Source: a virus
Taxonomy: Duplodnaviria; Caudoviricetes
Reading direction: 5' to 3' (one strand)
DNA length: 25,241 bases
IMG/VR virus record: IMGVR_UViG_3300020043_002208
Location: 1-25,241 of that record
The notes beneath the pieces were generated by a model. That model worked only from the letters and a program-made list of their open reading frames with translations. It made no database searches and had not been told where the DNA came from. Shown here in pieces: positions 1 through 6,856 of the stretch (the stretch's first letter is position 1; each line of letters begins with the position of its first letter). The translations under genes were made by a program, and so were the position numbers.

Positions 1-129
1 TCTGAGGGACGGCACTATGTCCACCTGAACACCAAGAAACCCTCTGAAGCAAAAGAAGCATTCGACCGTATGTTTCATGGTGATGGAGACATGGATATCT
101 TTGGACGCAACCTGAAGCAAGGGAGTTAA
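1..129 (+). CDS. 3' end of a hypothetical protein, truncated by the window edge
   Basis: Frame 1 is open from base 1 (SEGRHYVHLNTKKPSEAKEAFDRMF...KQGS) to TAA at 127-129, 3 nt before the next ATG. Confidence 0.6.
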   Translation, partial: SEGRHYVHLNTKKPSEAKEAFDRMFHGDGDMDIFGRNLKQGS

Positions 130-132
130 GAC

Positions 133-1026
133 ATGGCTGACTTTTCACCACAGGCTAGGAACTCCGCTATCTGGTCAGGCGATGCCCGAAAGATCGCTGC
201 CGGCAGAGCCGCTGATGTCTGGTTAGTAAAAACTGGTCAACAGGAAATAGAAGATATATCAGGAGAAGAACACGTCCAATGGGGACTGAGGTTACAAGAA
301 CCCATTGCCAGGGCAGTCGGAGATCGGTTGCAGGTCAGGTTGAAAGAGTTAGACATTGAAGGCACTCATGTCAGCCTACCCTGGATGCGCTCGCACTTCG
401 ACTTTGTGTCTGAGGACAATCGCACCCTGTTTGAAATCAAAAATTACAACATCCATGCTCGCAGTAAATTCGGTGAGGATGGTTCGCAGGATGTTCCCCC
501 TGCTGACATGGCGCAGGTCATCCATGAAGCTGCGGTGTTTGGTGTCCAGCTGGTCAATCTGTGCGTCCTGTTCGGAGGTCAGGAATTGTGCATCTATCCG
601 ATCAATGTCGATGATGCGATGAAGCAGTTAATGATCGACCAGGAAGCTACGCTATGGGCGCATATCCAGACCCGGACACCGCCGGAGGCTACGCACCCGG
701 ATGATCTGCGCCGCCTGTTCCGCAAGGATGACGGTAGCTACAAAGTAGCTAGTCAGGAGGTGCAAGCTGCCTGCATGAAGTTGAAGGACATCAAGCAGAC
801 GATCAAGCGCCTGGAGGAGCAGGAGGAGATTCTGACCGGCATGGTGCAGAACTTCATGGGTGAGACTAGCCTGATACAGACGGTAGATGGTCACGCATTG
901 GCAACCTGGAAGAAAGCCAGCGATGGTGAACGATTCGACACCAAGCGCCTGAAGGCAGAGATGCCTGGCCTCTACGATCAATACAAGGTTTCAAGCCTGG
1001 GGAGCCGGAGGTTTCTTGTCAAATGA
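133..1026 (+). CDS. YqaJ-like viral recombinase / lambda-exonuclease-family nuclease
   Basis: Family-type motifs IWSGDA..IAAG, WG..L.EPI, PWMRSHFDF, FEIKN, Q..H; C-terminal coiled coil with WK...RFDTKRLK.E.P.LY..Y....SRRF; GGGAG RBS; upstream of a RecT-like gene. Confidence 0.9.
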   Translation: MADFSPQARNSAIWSGDARKIAAGRAADVWLVKTGQQEIEDISGEEHVQWGLRLQEPIARAVGDRLQVRLKELDIEGTHVSLPWMRSHFDFVSEDNRTLFEIKNYNIHARSKFGEDGSQDVPPADMAQVIHEAAVFGVQLVNLCVLFGGQELCIYPINVDDAMKQLMIDQEATLWAHIQTRTPPEATHPDDLRRLFRKDDGSYKVASQEVQAACMKLKDIKQTIKRLEEQEEILTGMVQNFMGETSLIQTVDGHALATWKKASDGERFDTKRLKAEMPGLYDQYKVSSLGSRRFLVK

Positions 1027-1183
1027 TCTTGAGCAGGAAATCAGGAACATCCTGAAACACTATCCACTGACTGATCTGAAGATGGTGAACTATGTCGAAT
1101 CTACTAAAACCCTATATCTGATCTATCGAAAGGAATCAAATGAGCATCGAAGCTATGAAGCAGGCGCTGGATGCGCTGGATAA
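1016..1183 (+). CDS. Small hypothetical protein (55 aa, TTG start; not in the ORF track)
   Basis: GGAGG just upstream of TTG at 1016; reads MSNDLEQEIRNILKHYPLTDLKMVNYVESTKTLYLIYRKE...; fills the otherwise empty 1027-1139 gap. Confidence 0.55.
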   Translation: MSNDLEQEIRNILKHYPLTDLKMVNYVESTKTLYLIYRKESNEHRSYEAGAGCAG

Positions 1184-1499
1184 AAGAATCAATGGTAATT
1201 TTGATGGTACACCATATAGCTCCATTGAGTATGTGGCTGTGCTTGCCTTACGCGAGGCCATCGCAGAGGCAGAGCAGCACAAAGTATCCCAAGAGACTGA
1301 CGGATTAACCGTGGCCTACATGAGCGGTTTTTACGATGGCAAGAAAAAGCGCGAATGGCAGGGTCTGACGGAGGAGGAGCGTGACCATTTTGAAGGTCTG
1401 CATCTTTATGCAGCACGAAATCAAGTAGAAGCATGGATTGAAGGTGTACCTTCTTTCATTGAAGCCATCGAAGCCAAGTTGCGGGAGAAGAACACATGA
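1140..1499 (+). CDS. Phage hypothetical protein with modular blocks MSIEAMKQAL / REWQGLT.EE / AIEAKL.EKNT
   Basis: AAGGA RBS; ATGA overlap with the next gene. Confidence 0.8.
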   Translation: MSIEAMKQALDALDKRINGNFDGTPYSSIEYVAVLALREAIAEAEQHKVSQETDGLTVAYMSGFYDGKKKREWQGLTEEERDHFEGLHLYAARNQVEAWIEGVPSFIEAIEAKLREKNT

Positions 1500-1753
1500 G
1501 CATCGAAAGAATGAATACTGAACGAATTAGAGAACTTGCCGAGCAGGCTGAAGTATGGAATGTTGAAGGCGACAGCGACAAGTGCGAGGTTGACTTGGAA
1601 AAGTTCGCCCAGTTGATTGTTCGGGAATGTATCTCAATTAATAGACAACGAATGTTTTCAGATTATGAAGGTGACAGTCTCCGAGTGGCTCACAACAATG
1701 CGTTATTGTGTGCTACCAGCGATATGTTTGAACATTTCGGAGTTGGAGAATGA
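1496..1753 (+). CDS. Phage hypothetical protein (ERIRELAEQA...LEKFAQLIVREC type)
   Basis: ATGA-coupled at both ends; N-terminus paralogous to 1750..2034. Confidence 0.8.
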   Translation: MSIERMNTERIRELAEQAEVWNVEGDSDKCEVDLEKFAQLIVRECISINRQRMFSDYEGDSLRVAHNNALLCATSDMFEHFGVGE

Positions 1754-2034
1754 ACGAACGAATTAAAGAACTTGCTGAACAGGCTGGCGATGATTGGGAT
1801 CATACTTTAGAGTCGGATAAAGAATTTCTGAAAAAGTTCGCCGCACTTGTTGCCGCAGAGGAGCGAAATAGGATATGGACTCAATCACATTGGACTGAGT
1901 ATGAAAGAAAAATTGTGGCAGCAGAGCGCGAGGCGTGTGCAAAGATGTGTGAATACTTAGATGCTGAGCACGAAGGCGAAGATGTGCTAGGCACTTGGTG
2001 CGCCGCCGCTATTCGAGCAAGGGGGAATGAATGA
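1750..2034 (+). CDS. Phage hypothetical protein (MNERIKELAEQA...AAEREACAK...CAAAIRARG type)
   Basis: GGAG RBS; ATGA-coupled; paralogous start to the previous ORF. Confidence 0.8.
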   Translation: MNERIKELAEQAGDDWDHTLESDKEFLKKFAALVAAEERNRIWTQSHWTEYERKIVAAEREACAKMCEYLDAEHEGEDVLGTWCAAAIRARGNE

Positions 2035-2192
2035 ATGAGATTGCAGAGAAGTGCATCCAGTACGCTAGGAACGATGACTATCCTCTGACTGCCAGTCTGT
2101 TGTGGTCAGCAGCCAAGGAGATCAACAAGCTGGAGCATGAGATAGCAGAATTGACCTACAGGCTACAAACAGGTCTTAAGGTCAAGAAATGA
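2031..2192 (+). CDS. Small hypothetical protein (53 aa, helical; not in the ORF track)
   Basis: MNEIAEKCIQYARNDDYPLTASLLWSAAKEINKLEHEIAELTYRLQTGLKVKK; ATGA overlaps at both ends; AAGGGGG upstream. Confidence 0.75.
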   Translation: MNEIAEKCIQYARNDDYPLTASLLWSAAKEINKLEHEIAELTYRLQTGLKVKK

Positions 2193-2275
2193 GCAGGGTA
2201 GATGTGGCAATATATGTAATGGCAGTAAGCAGCATCATTGATACAATCCTTTCACTTATGGAGAAATTTAAATGA
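2189..2275 (+). CDS. 28-aa hydrophobic peptide (not in the ORF track)
   Basis: MSRVDVAIYVMAVSSIIDTILSLMEKFK; exact ATGA overlap with both neighbours. Confidence 0.65.
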   Translation: MSRVDVAIYVMAVSSIIDTILSLMEKFK

Positions 2276-3162
2276 GTAACGCATTGGTAACTATGGATGA
2301 CATTAATTTCATGGGTAATGCCATCAGCAAGAGTGGTCTGTTCGGCATGAAAACACCTGACCAGGCTATCGCTCTCATGCTGATCGCGCAGGCTGAAGGT
2401 ATGCACCCTGCCATTGCAGCGCGTGACTACCATGTCATCCAGGGCAGGCCGGCGCTGAAGGCAGACGCAATGCTGGCAAGGTTTCAGACTGCCGGCGGGA
2501 AGGTCAACTGGGATGTCTATACGGATGCCGAGGTCAAGGCAACTTTCTCTCACCCCTCTGGTGGCAGCGTCACCCTGTCCTGGACGCTGGAGCAGGCCAA
2601 GCGTATCGGGCTGGCAGGGAAGGACAACTGGAAGAACTATCCTCGAGCCATGCTTCGCGCCAGGGTCATCAGCGAGGGCATCAGAACCGTCTATCCGGGC
2701 TGCGTGGTCGGTGTCTATACGCCGGAAGAAGTGCAGGACTTCGATCAGCCCAAGCGTCCTATGCGAGACATGGGGACGGTGGAGGTGGTAGAGGAGACAC
2801 GCGAGGCATTCATTGAGTCTGACGAACTGCCGCCGGCAGGGGTGGATATCTGGCCTCTGAACGTGCCAGGACGCGACACAATGCAGTGCGCTGATCGTGC
2901 CGAGTGGGTGGAAGCCTTCCTGATGCTGGTGGGCAAGGTTGCCAATGCCAAGCTGCAAGACGCTGACAAGCAAGCCAAGGTAGCGCAACTGCGCTCTGCC
3001 AACACCGCCGCATTCTCCCGGATGGGCATTCAAGCCAGCGCCGAAATCTATCGCCAAATCACCGAGATTCTGCCGCCGCCGGAGGTGGGCGCGGAAGGTG
3101 CAAAAAAGTGGGTGGAGGAATTCGATCAAGCGTTACAGGAACCCAGTGCGCCGCAATCCTAA
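2272..3162 (+). CDS. RecT/Redbeta-like single-strand annealing protein
   Basis: Motifs HVIQGRP...ADAM, W..EQAKR.GL.GKDNWKNYPRAMLRAR.IS..IR..YP....G.YTPEE; linked to a YqaJ exonuclease; GGAG RBS. Confidence 0.85.
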   Translation: MSNALVTMDDINFMGNAISKSGLFGMKTPDQAIALMLIAQAEGMHPAIAARDYHVIQGRPALKADAMLARFQTAGGKVNWDVYTDAEVKATFSHPSGGSVTLSWTLEQAKRIGLAGKDNWKNYPRAMLRARVISEGIRTVYPGCVVGVYTPEEVQDFDQPKRPMRDMGTVEVVEETREAFIESDELPPAGVDIWPLNVPGRDTMQCADRAEWVEAFLMLVGKVANAKLQDADKQAKVAQLRSANTAAFSRMGIQASAEIYRQITEILPPPEVGAEGAKKWVEEFDQALQEPSAPQS

Positions 3163-3341
3163 CCATGCTCAAGCGTGGGCCGATCACGCCACTAGATGCC
3201 ATCAGGGAAGCGAAGTGTATGCGCCTGGCAGCACGGATTGCTGACCTGAAGGCAGAGGGTCACAACATCACAATGGAAATGGTTACGCAGGGAGAGAAAC
3301 GGTTTGCAAGGTATTCACTTATGAGGCAACACAATGGATGA
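3108..3341 (+). CDS. Small winged helix-turn-helix DNA-binding protein (HTH_39-like)
   Basis: TQ...IL..L..GPITPLDA.....CMRLAARIADLK.EGHNI.......RFARYSL pattern; start codon uncertain. Confidence 0.75.
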   Translation: MGGGIRSSVTGTQCAAILTMLKRGPITPLDAIREAKCMRLAARIADLKAEGHNITMEMVTQGEKRFARYSLMRQHNG

Positions 3342-3552
3342 CTATGGTTACAAGGTCAAACGGTTGATCGAAGGCAAAGGTGTCTTGTTTACGAACAACG
3401 ACAAAATTGATGATGGCAGTCCAGATATGAAGGGGGAAATACTTTACAAGGGTGAACTTATCAAGATCGGCGGTTGGATTTATCACACTGACAAAGGGAT
3501 GCTTATCTCCCTTGGCATAGACAAATTTAAAAGGAATCGTGATGGCTACTAA
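3334..3552 (+). CDS. Small DUF736-like putative ssDNA-binding protein, copy 1 (no acidic tail)
   Basis: GKGVLF.N.DK....SPDMKGEI...G..IK..GW......G.LISL; paralogue of the next ORF. Confidence 0.6.
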   Translation: MDDYGYKVKRLIEGKGVLFTNNDKIDDGSPDMKGEILYKGELIKIGGWIYHTDKGMLISLGIDKFKRNRDGY

Positions 3553-3793
3553 GACTCCAGAGGAAGGCAAAGGCGTACTGTTCAGCGCCGACAAGAAGGG
3601 CAACCCGAAAGCACCCGACTTCAAGGGTGAGATCATGGTGGAAGGCAAGATCATCAAGCTGGCAGCGTGGAAGCGACAATCAGCCTACGGTGAACTGATT
3701 AGCCTAGCTCACAATACTTACAACGGCGGCGCTCCGCAGCAGAAGTATCCGCGTGAGATCAACAATGATGACGATAACTCTGTTCCATTTTAA
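3542..3793 (+). CDS. Small DUF736-like putative ssDNA-binding protein, copy 2, with SSB-like acidic tail
   Basis: GKGVLF..DKK.NPKAPDFKGEI...G..IKLAAW; ends NNDDDNSVPF, similar to the bacterial SSB DDDIPF tip; lies in the recombination module. Confidence 0.7.
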   Translation: MATKTPEEGKGVLFSADKKGNPKAPDFKGEIMVEGKIIKLAAWKRQSAYGELISLAHNTYNGGAPQQKYPREINNDDDNSVPF

Positions 3794-3807
3794 TTAGAAA
3801 GTAATCC

Positions 3808-4257
3808 ATGCGATCAACCAAAACATTTGAGCAGCGATTCTTGAGCCATGTAAGCAAGCAAGAATCTGGATGCTGGATATGGACGGGAGCAAAACTTTAC
3901 AACGGATATGGACGTATTCGTGATGCGAACATGAAGCCATCATTGGCGCATAGAGCGAGTTACGAACATTACGTTGGAGGCCTTCCTGCTGGCAAATACG
4001 TTTGCCATAAGTGCGACACTCCGTCTTGCGTCAATCCTGCTCATTTGTTTGTTGGTACGCCAACTGAAAACCAACAGGATGCAAAACAAAAAGGAAGGGC
4101 AAAAAAGGCAACGTTCAAGCTAGACAAGAGCAAAGTCGAGATCATCAAAAACTTGCTCAATGAAGGAATGAGTCAATCAAAAATTGCAAACCAATTTTGC
4201 ATATCACAATCTATGGTTTCCTACATCAACACTCAAAAAGGATGGGCTAATGTCTAA
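3808..4257 (+). CDS. HNH homing endonuclease with C-terminal HTH
   Basis: GCWIWTG....GYG.....AHRASYE...G.LP....VCHKCDTPSCVNPAHL..GT..EN..D; C-terminal SQSKIANQF.ISQSMVS.I; more AT-rich than neighbours. Confidence 0.92.
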   Translation: MRSTKTFEQRFLSHVSKQESGCWIWTGAKLYNGYGRIRDANMKPSLAHRASYEHYVGGLPAGKYVCHKCDTPSCVNPAHLFVGTPTENQQDAKQKGRAKKATFKLDKSKVEIIKNLLNEGMSQSKIANQFCISQSMVSYINTQKGWANV

Positions 4258-4993
4258 GCCAAAGCTGTTTATTAGTACGCCAATGTACGGAGGTATGTGT
4301 ACTGGCTTCTATACTCAATCAATCATTCAGCTCAACAATTTGCTGAAAAATTCAAACATAGAATGTGTTGTGTCATTTATGATGAATGAAAGTCTGATTA
4401 CTAGGGCGAGGAATGCGTTAACGCATAACTTCTTGAAAACAGACTGTACTCATCTGATGTTCATTGACGCTGACATCCGGTTTAATGCTGGTGACATCCC
4501 TCCCATGATTGATGCCGATAAAGAAATTATCTGCGGCATCTATCCTAAGAAGGAAATCAACTGGGAGTCAGTCAAGGCCGCAGTCGATGCAGGTGTACCT
4601 GTTGAGAAACTCAAACACCATACCGGCTCGTTCGTGGTGAACCTAGTGGACTACAGTGCAACGGTCACCGTGCCGATTAATCAGCCGGTGGAAATCTGGA
4701 ATGGTGGCACTGGGTTCATGCTCATCAAGCGTAAAGTCTTTGCGGAACTTGCTGACAAAGTTCCTAGCTATATCAATGATGTCACAGACCTATCCGGCAC
4801 GATCAAGCAGGATTTGATCAGGGAATACTTTGCTACCAGCATCGAGGAAGGTACGCAGCGCCTGCTGTCAGAGGACTATCACTTCTGCAACATCTGGAGG
4901 AAAGCCGGTGGCAAGGTCTGGGCAGCGCCCTGGGTGCAACTGGCTCACATAGGGACGTATGCCTTTGAAGGTCAACTGTTGCAGTCGGCATGA
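4250..4993 (+). CDS. GT-A fold (GT2-like) glycosyltransferase
   Basis: Likely start ATG 4250 (MSKPKLFISTPMYGG); ESLITRARN, THLMFIDADI (DxD), GIYPKK, GTGFMLIKR.VF, LSEDYHFC..WR..GG.VW, L.HIG motifs. Confidence 0.85.
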   Translation: MSKPKLFISTPMYGGMCTGFYTQSIIQLNNLLKNSNIECVVSFMMNESLITRARNALTHNFLKTDCTHLMFIDADIRFNAGDIPPMIDADKEIICGIYPKKEINWESVKAAVDAGVPVEKLKHHTGSFVVNLVDYSATVTVPINQPVEIWNGGTGFMLIKRKVFAELADKVPSYINDVTDLSGTIKQDLIREYFATSIEEGTQRLLSEDYHFCNIWRKAGGKVWAAPWVQLAHIGTYAFEGQLLQSA

Positions 4994-5151
4994 CCATGGA
5001 CGAACACTACGATTGGTCAATGGCGATCCTAGAGGTCAAGCTGCATATCAACAAGCTGAATCACGCGCTGTTGATGCGTGACCAGGTTGAGGCCAAGGCA
5101 ACCGCCTCTAAGATCATTGCCAGCATGACCAAGCTGTTGGAAGAACTGTAG
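4990..5151 (+). CDS. Small hypothetical protein (53 aa; not in the ORF track)
   Basis: MTMDEHYDWSMAILEVKLHINKLNHALLMRDQVEAKATASKIIASMTKLLEEL; ATGA overlap with the GT stop. Confidence 0.7.
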   Translation: MTMDEHYDWSMAILEVKLHINKLNHALLMRDQVEAKATASKIIASMTKLLEEL

Positions 5152-5174
5152 ATCAACGGGGGAAAGCGGATGCT
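5152..5174 (+). repeat. 23-bp exact direct repeat, copy 1 (ATCAACGGGGGAAAGCGGATGCT)
   Basis: Identical to 5821-5843; begins directly after the TAG at 5149-5151. Confidence 0.95.
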
Positions 5175-5262
5175 AGAAGACATTATTATGGAAAAAATTT
5201 TACCAATAATGGTTGTTTTATATGTTTTTATTCAAATTTTTTGTCTCATGAAAGGTTGCTGA
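5170..5262 (+). CDS. 30-aa single-TM peptide (not in the ORF track)
   Basis: MLEDIIMEKILPIMVVLYVFIQIFCLMKGC; ATG and GGGGG RBS lie inside repeat copy 1; stop is 2 nt before the next ATG. Confidence 0.5.
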   Translation: MLEDIIMEKILPIMVVLYVFIQIFCLMKGC

Positions 5263-5264
5263 AA

Positions 5265-5570
5265 ATGAACAAAATCGTGATTGATGGTATTGAATATGCG
5301 CCCGTTAAAGCCGCAGGCAATCGTGCAGTTGTAGTGGTGAATTCAGGCTGGATTTTTGCTGGTGATACCGAACAAGTTGATACAGTGGTCGGCAAAAGCA
5401 TCCGAATTACTCGTGCGCTGCATGTGTTTAAGTGGACTGAAATCGGTTTTGCTGGTGTGATTGCTAAGCCAAAAGATAAACGCGTTGATTTGCGTCCATG
5501 CGATCCTGTTGAAGTGCCGCTTGCCTCTGTAATTTTTATCGTGCCAGTAGAGGATGGTTGGGGGCTGTGA
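5265..5570 (+). CDS. Phage hypothetical beta-rich protein (possibly DUF6948-like)
   Basis: Likely start ATG 5265 (MNKIVIDGIEYAPV) with AAAGG upstream; RAVVVV..GWIFAG...FKW...G pattern; family recalled, not verified. Confidence 0.7.
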   Translation: MNKIVIDGIEYAPVKAAGNRAVVVVNSGWIFAGDTEQVDTVVGKSIRITRALHVFKWTEIGFAGVIAKPKDKRVDLRPCDPVEVPLASVIFIVPVEDGWGL

Positions 5571-5821
5571 TGCTTCCAGTGGGCGACGGCAACGGCTACG
5601 GCAACGGCAACGGCTTTGGCAATGGTAATGGCTATGGCTTTGGCAACGGCTATGGTTTTGGTAATGGCTATGGTTTCGGTGATGGCGACGGTTACGGTAA
5701 CGGTAATGTCTACGGTTTCGGTGACGGTTATAGCAACGGTTTCGGTATAGGTGACGGTTACGGTTTCGGTGATGGTATCGGTAAAGGTTACGGTATCGGC
5801 TACAAAACCGTGACTATTTAA
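5570..5821 (+). CDS. Gly-X repeat protein (G[NDY]G[YF]G)
   Basis: Coupled to the upstream stop (TGATG); near-continuous G-X alternation encoded with mixed GGC/GGT codons, consistent with selection on the protein. Confidence 0.75.
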   Translation: MLPVGDGNGYGNGNGFGNGNGYGFGNGYGFGNGYGFGDGDGYGNGNVYGFGDGYSNGFGIGDGYGFGDGIGKGYGIGYKTVTI

Positions 5822-5843
5822 TCAACGGGGGAAAGCGGATGCT
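5821..5843 (+). repeat. 23-bp exact direct repeat, copy 2
   Basis: Identical to 5152-5174; overlaps the last base of the TAA at 5819-5821. Confidence 0.95.
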
Positions 5844-5900
5844 GGACGGAAATCACGCACTCTAAAGCATGACGTGTTACCCAGACGCAGCGAGTACCCC
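5827..5900 (+). ncRNA. Candidate structured RNA with a loop-E/sarcin-ricin-like internal loop
   Basis: GGGG(5827-30)/CCCC(5897-900); GAAA/GAGUA internal loop; GC/GC; GGA bulge; UGC/GCA; UGG/CCA; inner CACG/CGUG stem; intergenic. Confidence 0.55.
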
Positions 5901-5903
5901 ACC

Positions 5904-5928
5904 AAAAAAAGCCCCCAACAATGGGGGC
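5904..5928 (-). terminator. Intrinsic terminator on the - strand
   Basis: The - strand reads GCCCCCA-UUGU-UGGGGGC followed by seven U. Confidence 0.75.
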
Positions 5929-5956
5929 GAAGTCCCTTGCAGGGGAGGCTACGAAG

Positions 5957-6856
5957 ATGGAGACAATTATGCCAAGTTTTGCAGACCTAGCAATACCCAA
6001 GATGCGTGGCCCTAACCAGATGCACATTATCTGCATCGACGTTACCAACAAGTGTGACCTGGCCTGTAGCAACTGCACCCGGTTGCTGGAGAACCAGGAC
6101 AGCCTGTGGGAGATGACACCGGACAACTTCAGGACGGCACTACGCAGCCTGAAGGACTACTTCGGCATCATCGCCATGATTGGGGGAAATCCCTGTATGC
6201 ACAGACACTTTGAGCAGCTTTGTGAGATTTTTGTTGAGGAGATTCCCAACAAGCTGCAACGTGGTCTGTGGACGAACAATTACTTCAAATACAGGAACTT
6301 GTGCGAGTCTACGTTTGGCACGTTCAATCTGAATGCCCATGGGGTAGAGAAGGCTACGCAAACCCTGCTGCAACTGAGCAATTCTGCGGTGGCGCAGGGA
6401 GCGATTAGCTGGAACTACGGTGGGCATTCGGAACACGCACCACTGTTGACTGCCGGCAAGGACTTGTTTGGCGAGGAGGAAATGTGGGACAGGATCACCA
6501 AGTGCGACATCAACCGGGAATGGTCTGCCAGCATTGTCCAGGTCAACGGCAATCTGAGGGCGTACTTCTGCGAGGTGGCGGCATCCTTTGACCTGGCTCG
6601 GAACACTGACCACGGACACCATGTAGTGCCTGGGTGGTGGAAGCGCCCGATCACCGACTATGCCGAGCAGATCAAGCACTTCTGCCCTGGCTGTGGCGTT
6701 CCTGCCAAGCAAGCCGGTCACAAGGACTTTGAGGAAACAGATACCTACACGGAATCCAATGCCGACATTGCCCTGAAGAACCCCAAGCGCAAGGTCATCC
6801 TACTCACCGAAAAGAAGGAACTGGCTCATAAAGTGACCCAGTACAACACGCTATGA
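5957..6856 (+). CDS. Radical SAM enzyme with extra C-terminal cysteines
   Basis: CxxxCxxC (CDLACSNC) after IDVTNK; GGNP in place of GGEP; LWTN; later Cys in CDIN, YFCEVA, FCPGC. Start is 5957 (GGGAGG RBS) or 5969. Confidence 0.88.
   Translation: METIMPSFADLAIPKMRGPNQMHIICIDVTNKCDLACSNCTRLLENQDSLWEMTPDNFRTALRSLKDYFGIIAMIGGNPCMHRHFEQLCEIFVEEIPNKLQRGLWTNNYFKYRNLCESTFGTFNLNAHGVEKATQTLLQLSNSAVAQGAISWNYGGHSEHAPLLTAGKDLFGEEEMWDRITKCDINREWSASIVQVNGNLRAYFCEVAASFDLARNTDHGHHVVPGWWKRPITDYAEQIKHFCPGCGVPAKQAGHKDFEETDTYTESNADIALKNPKRKVILLTEKKELAHKVTQYNTL

Noticed and set aside
2182-3129. 315-aa - strand ORF
   Set aside because: Antisense shadow of the RecT-like gene; no motifs; opposite to the arm's direction.
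4184-4249. N-terminal extension of the glycosyltransferase in the ORF track
   Set aside because: TTG start deep in the HNH gene; ATG 4250 has an AAGGA RBS and begins the GT-type motif.
5152-5843. Direct repeats read as a mini-CRISPR array or IS target-site duplication
   Set aside because: Only two copies 669 nt apart with coding DNA between them; no cas, transposase or terminal inverted repeats.
5827-5900. tRNA, hammerhead ribozyme or known riboswitch
   Set aside because: No cloverleaf or TTC loop, no CUGANGA core, and no aptamer consensus that I recognise.
6140-6721. 193-aa - strand ORF
   Set aside because: Antisense shadow of the radical SAM gene with no recognisable features.
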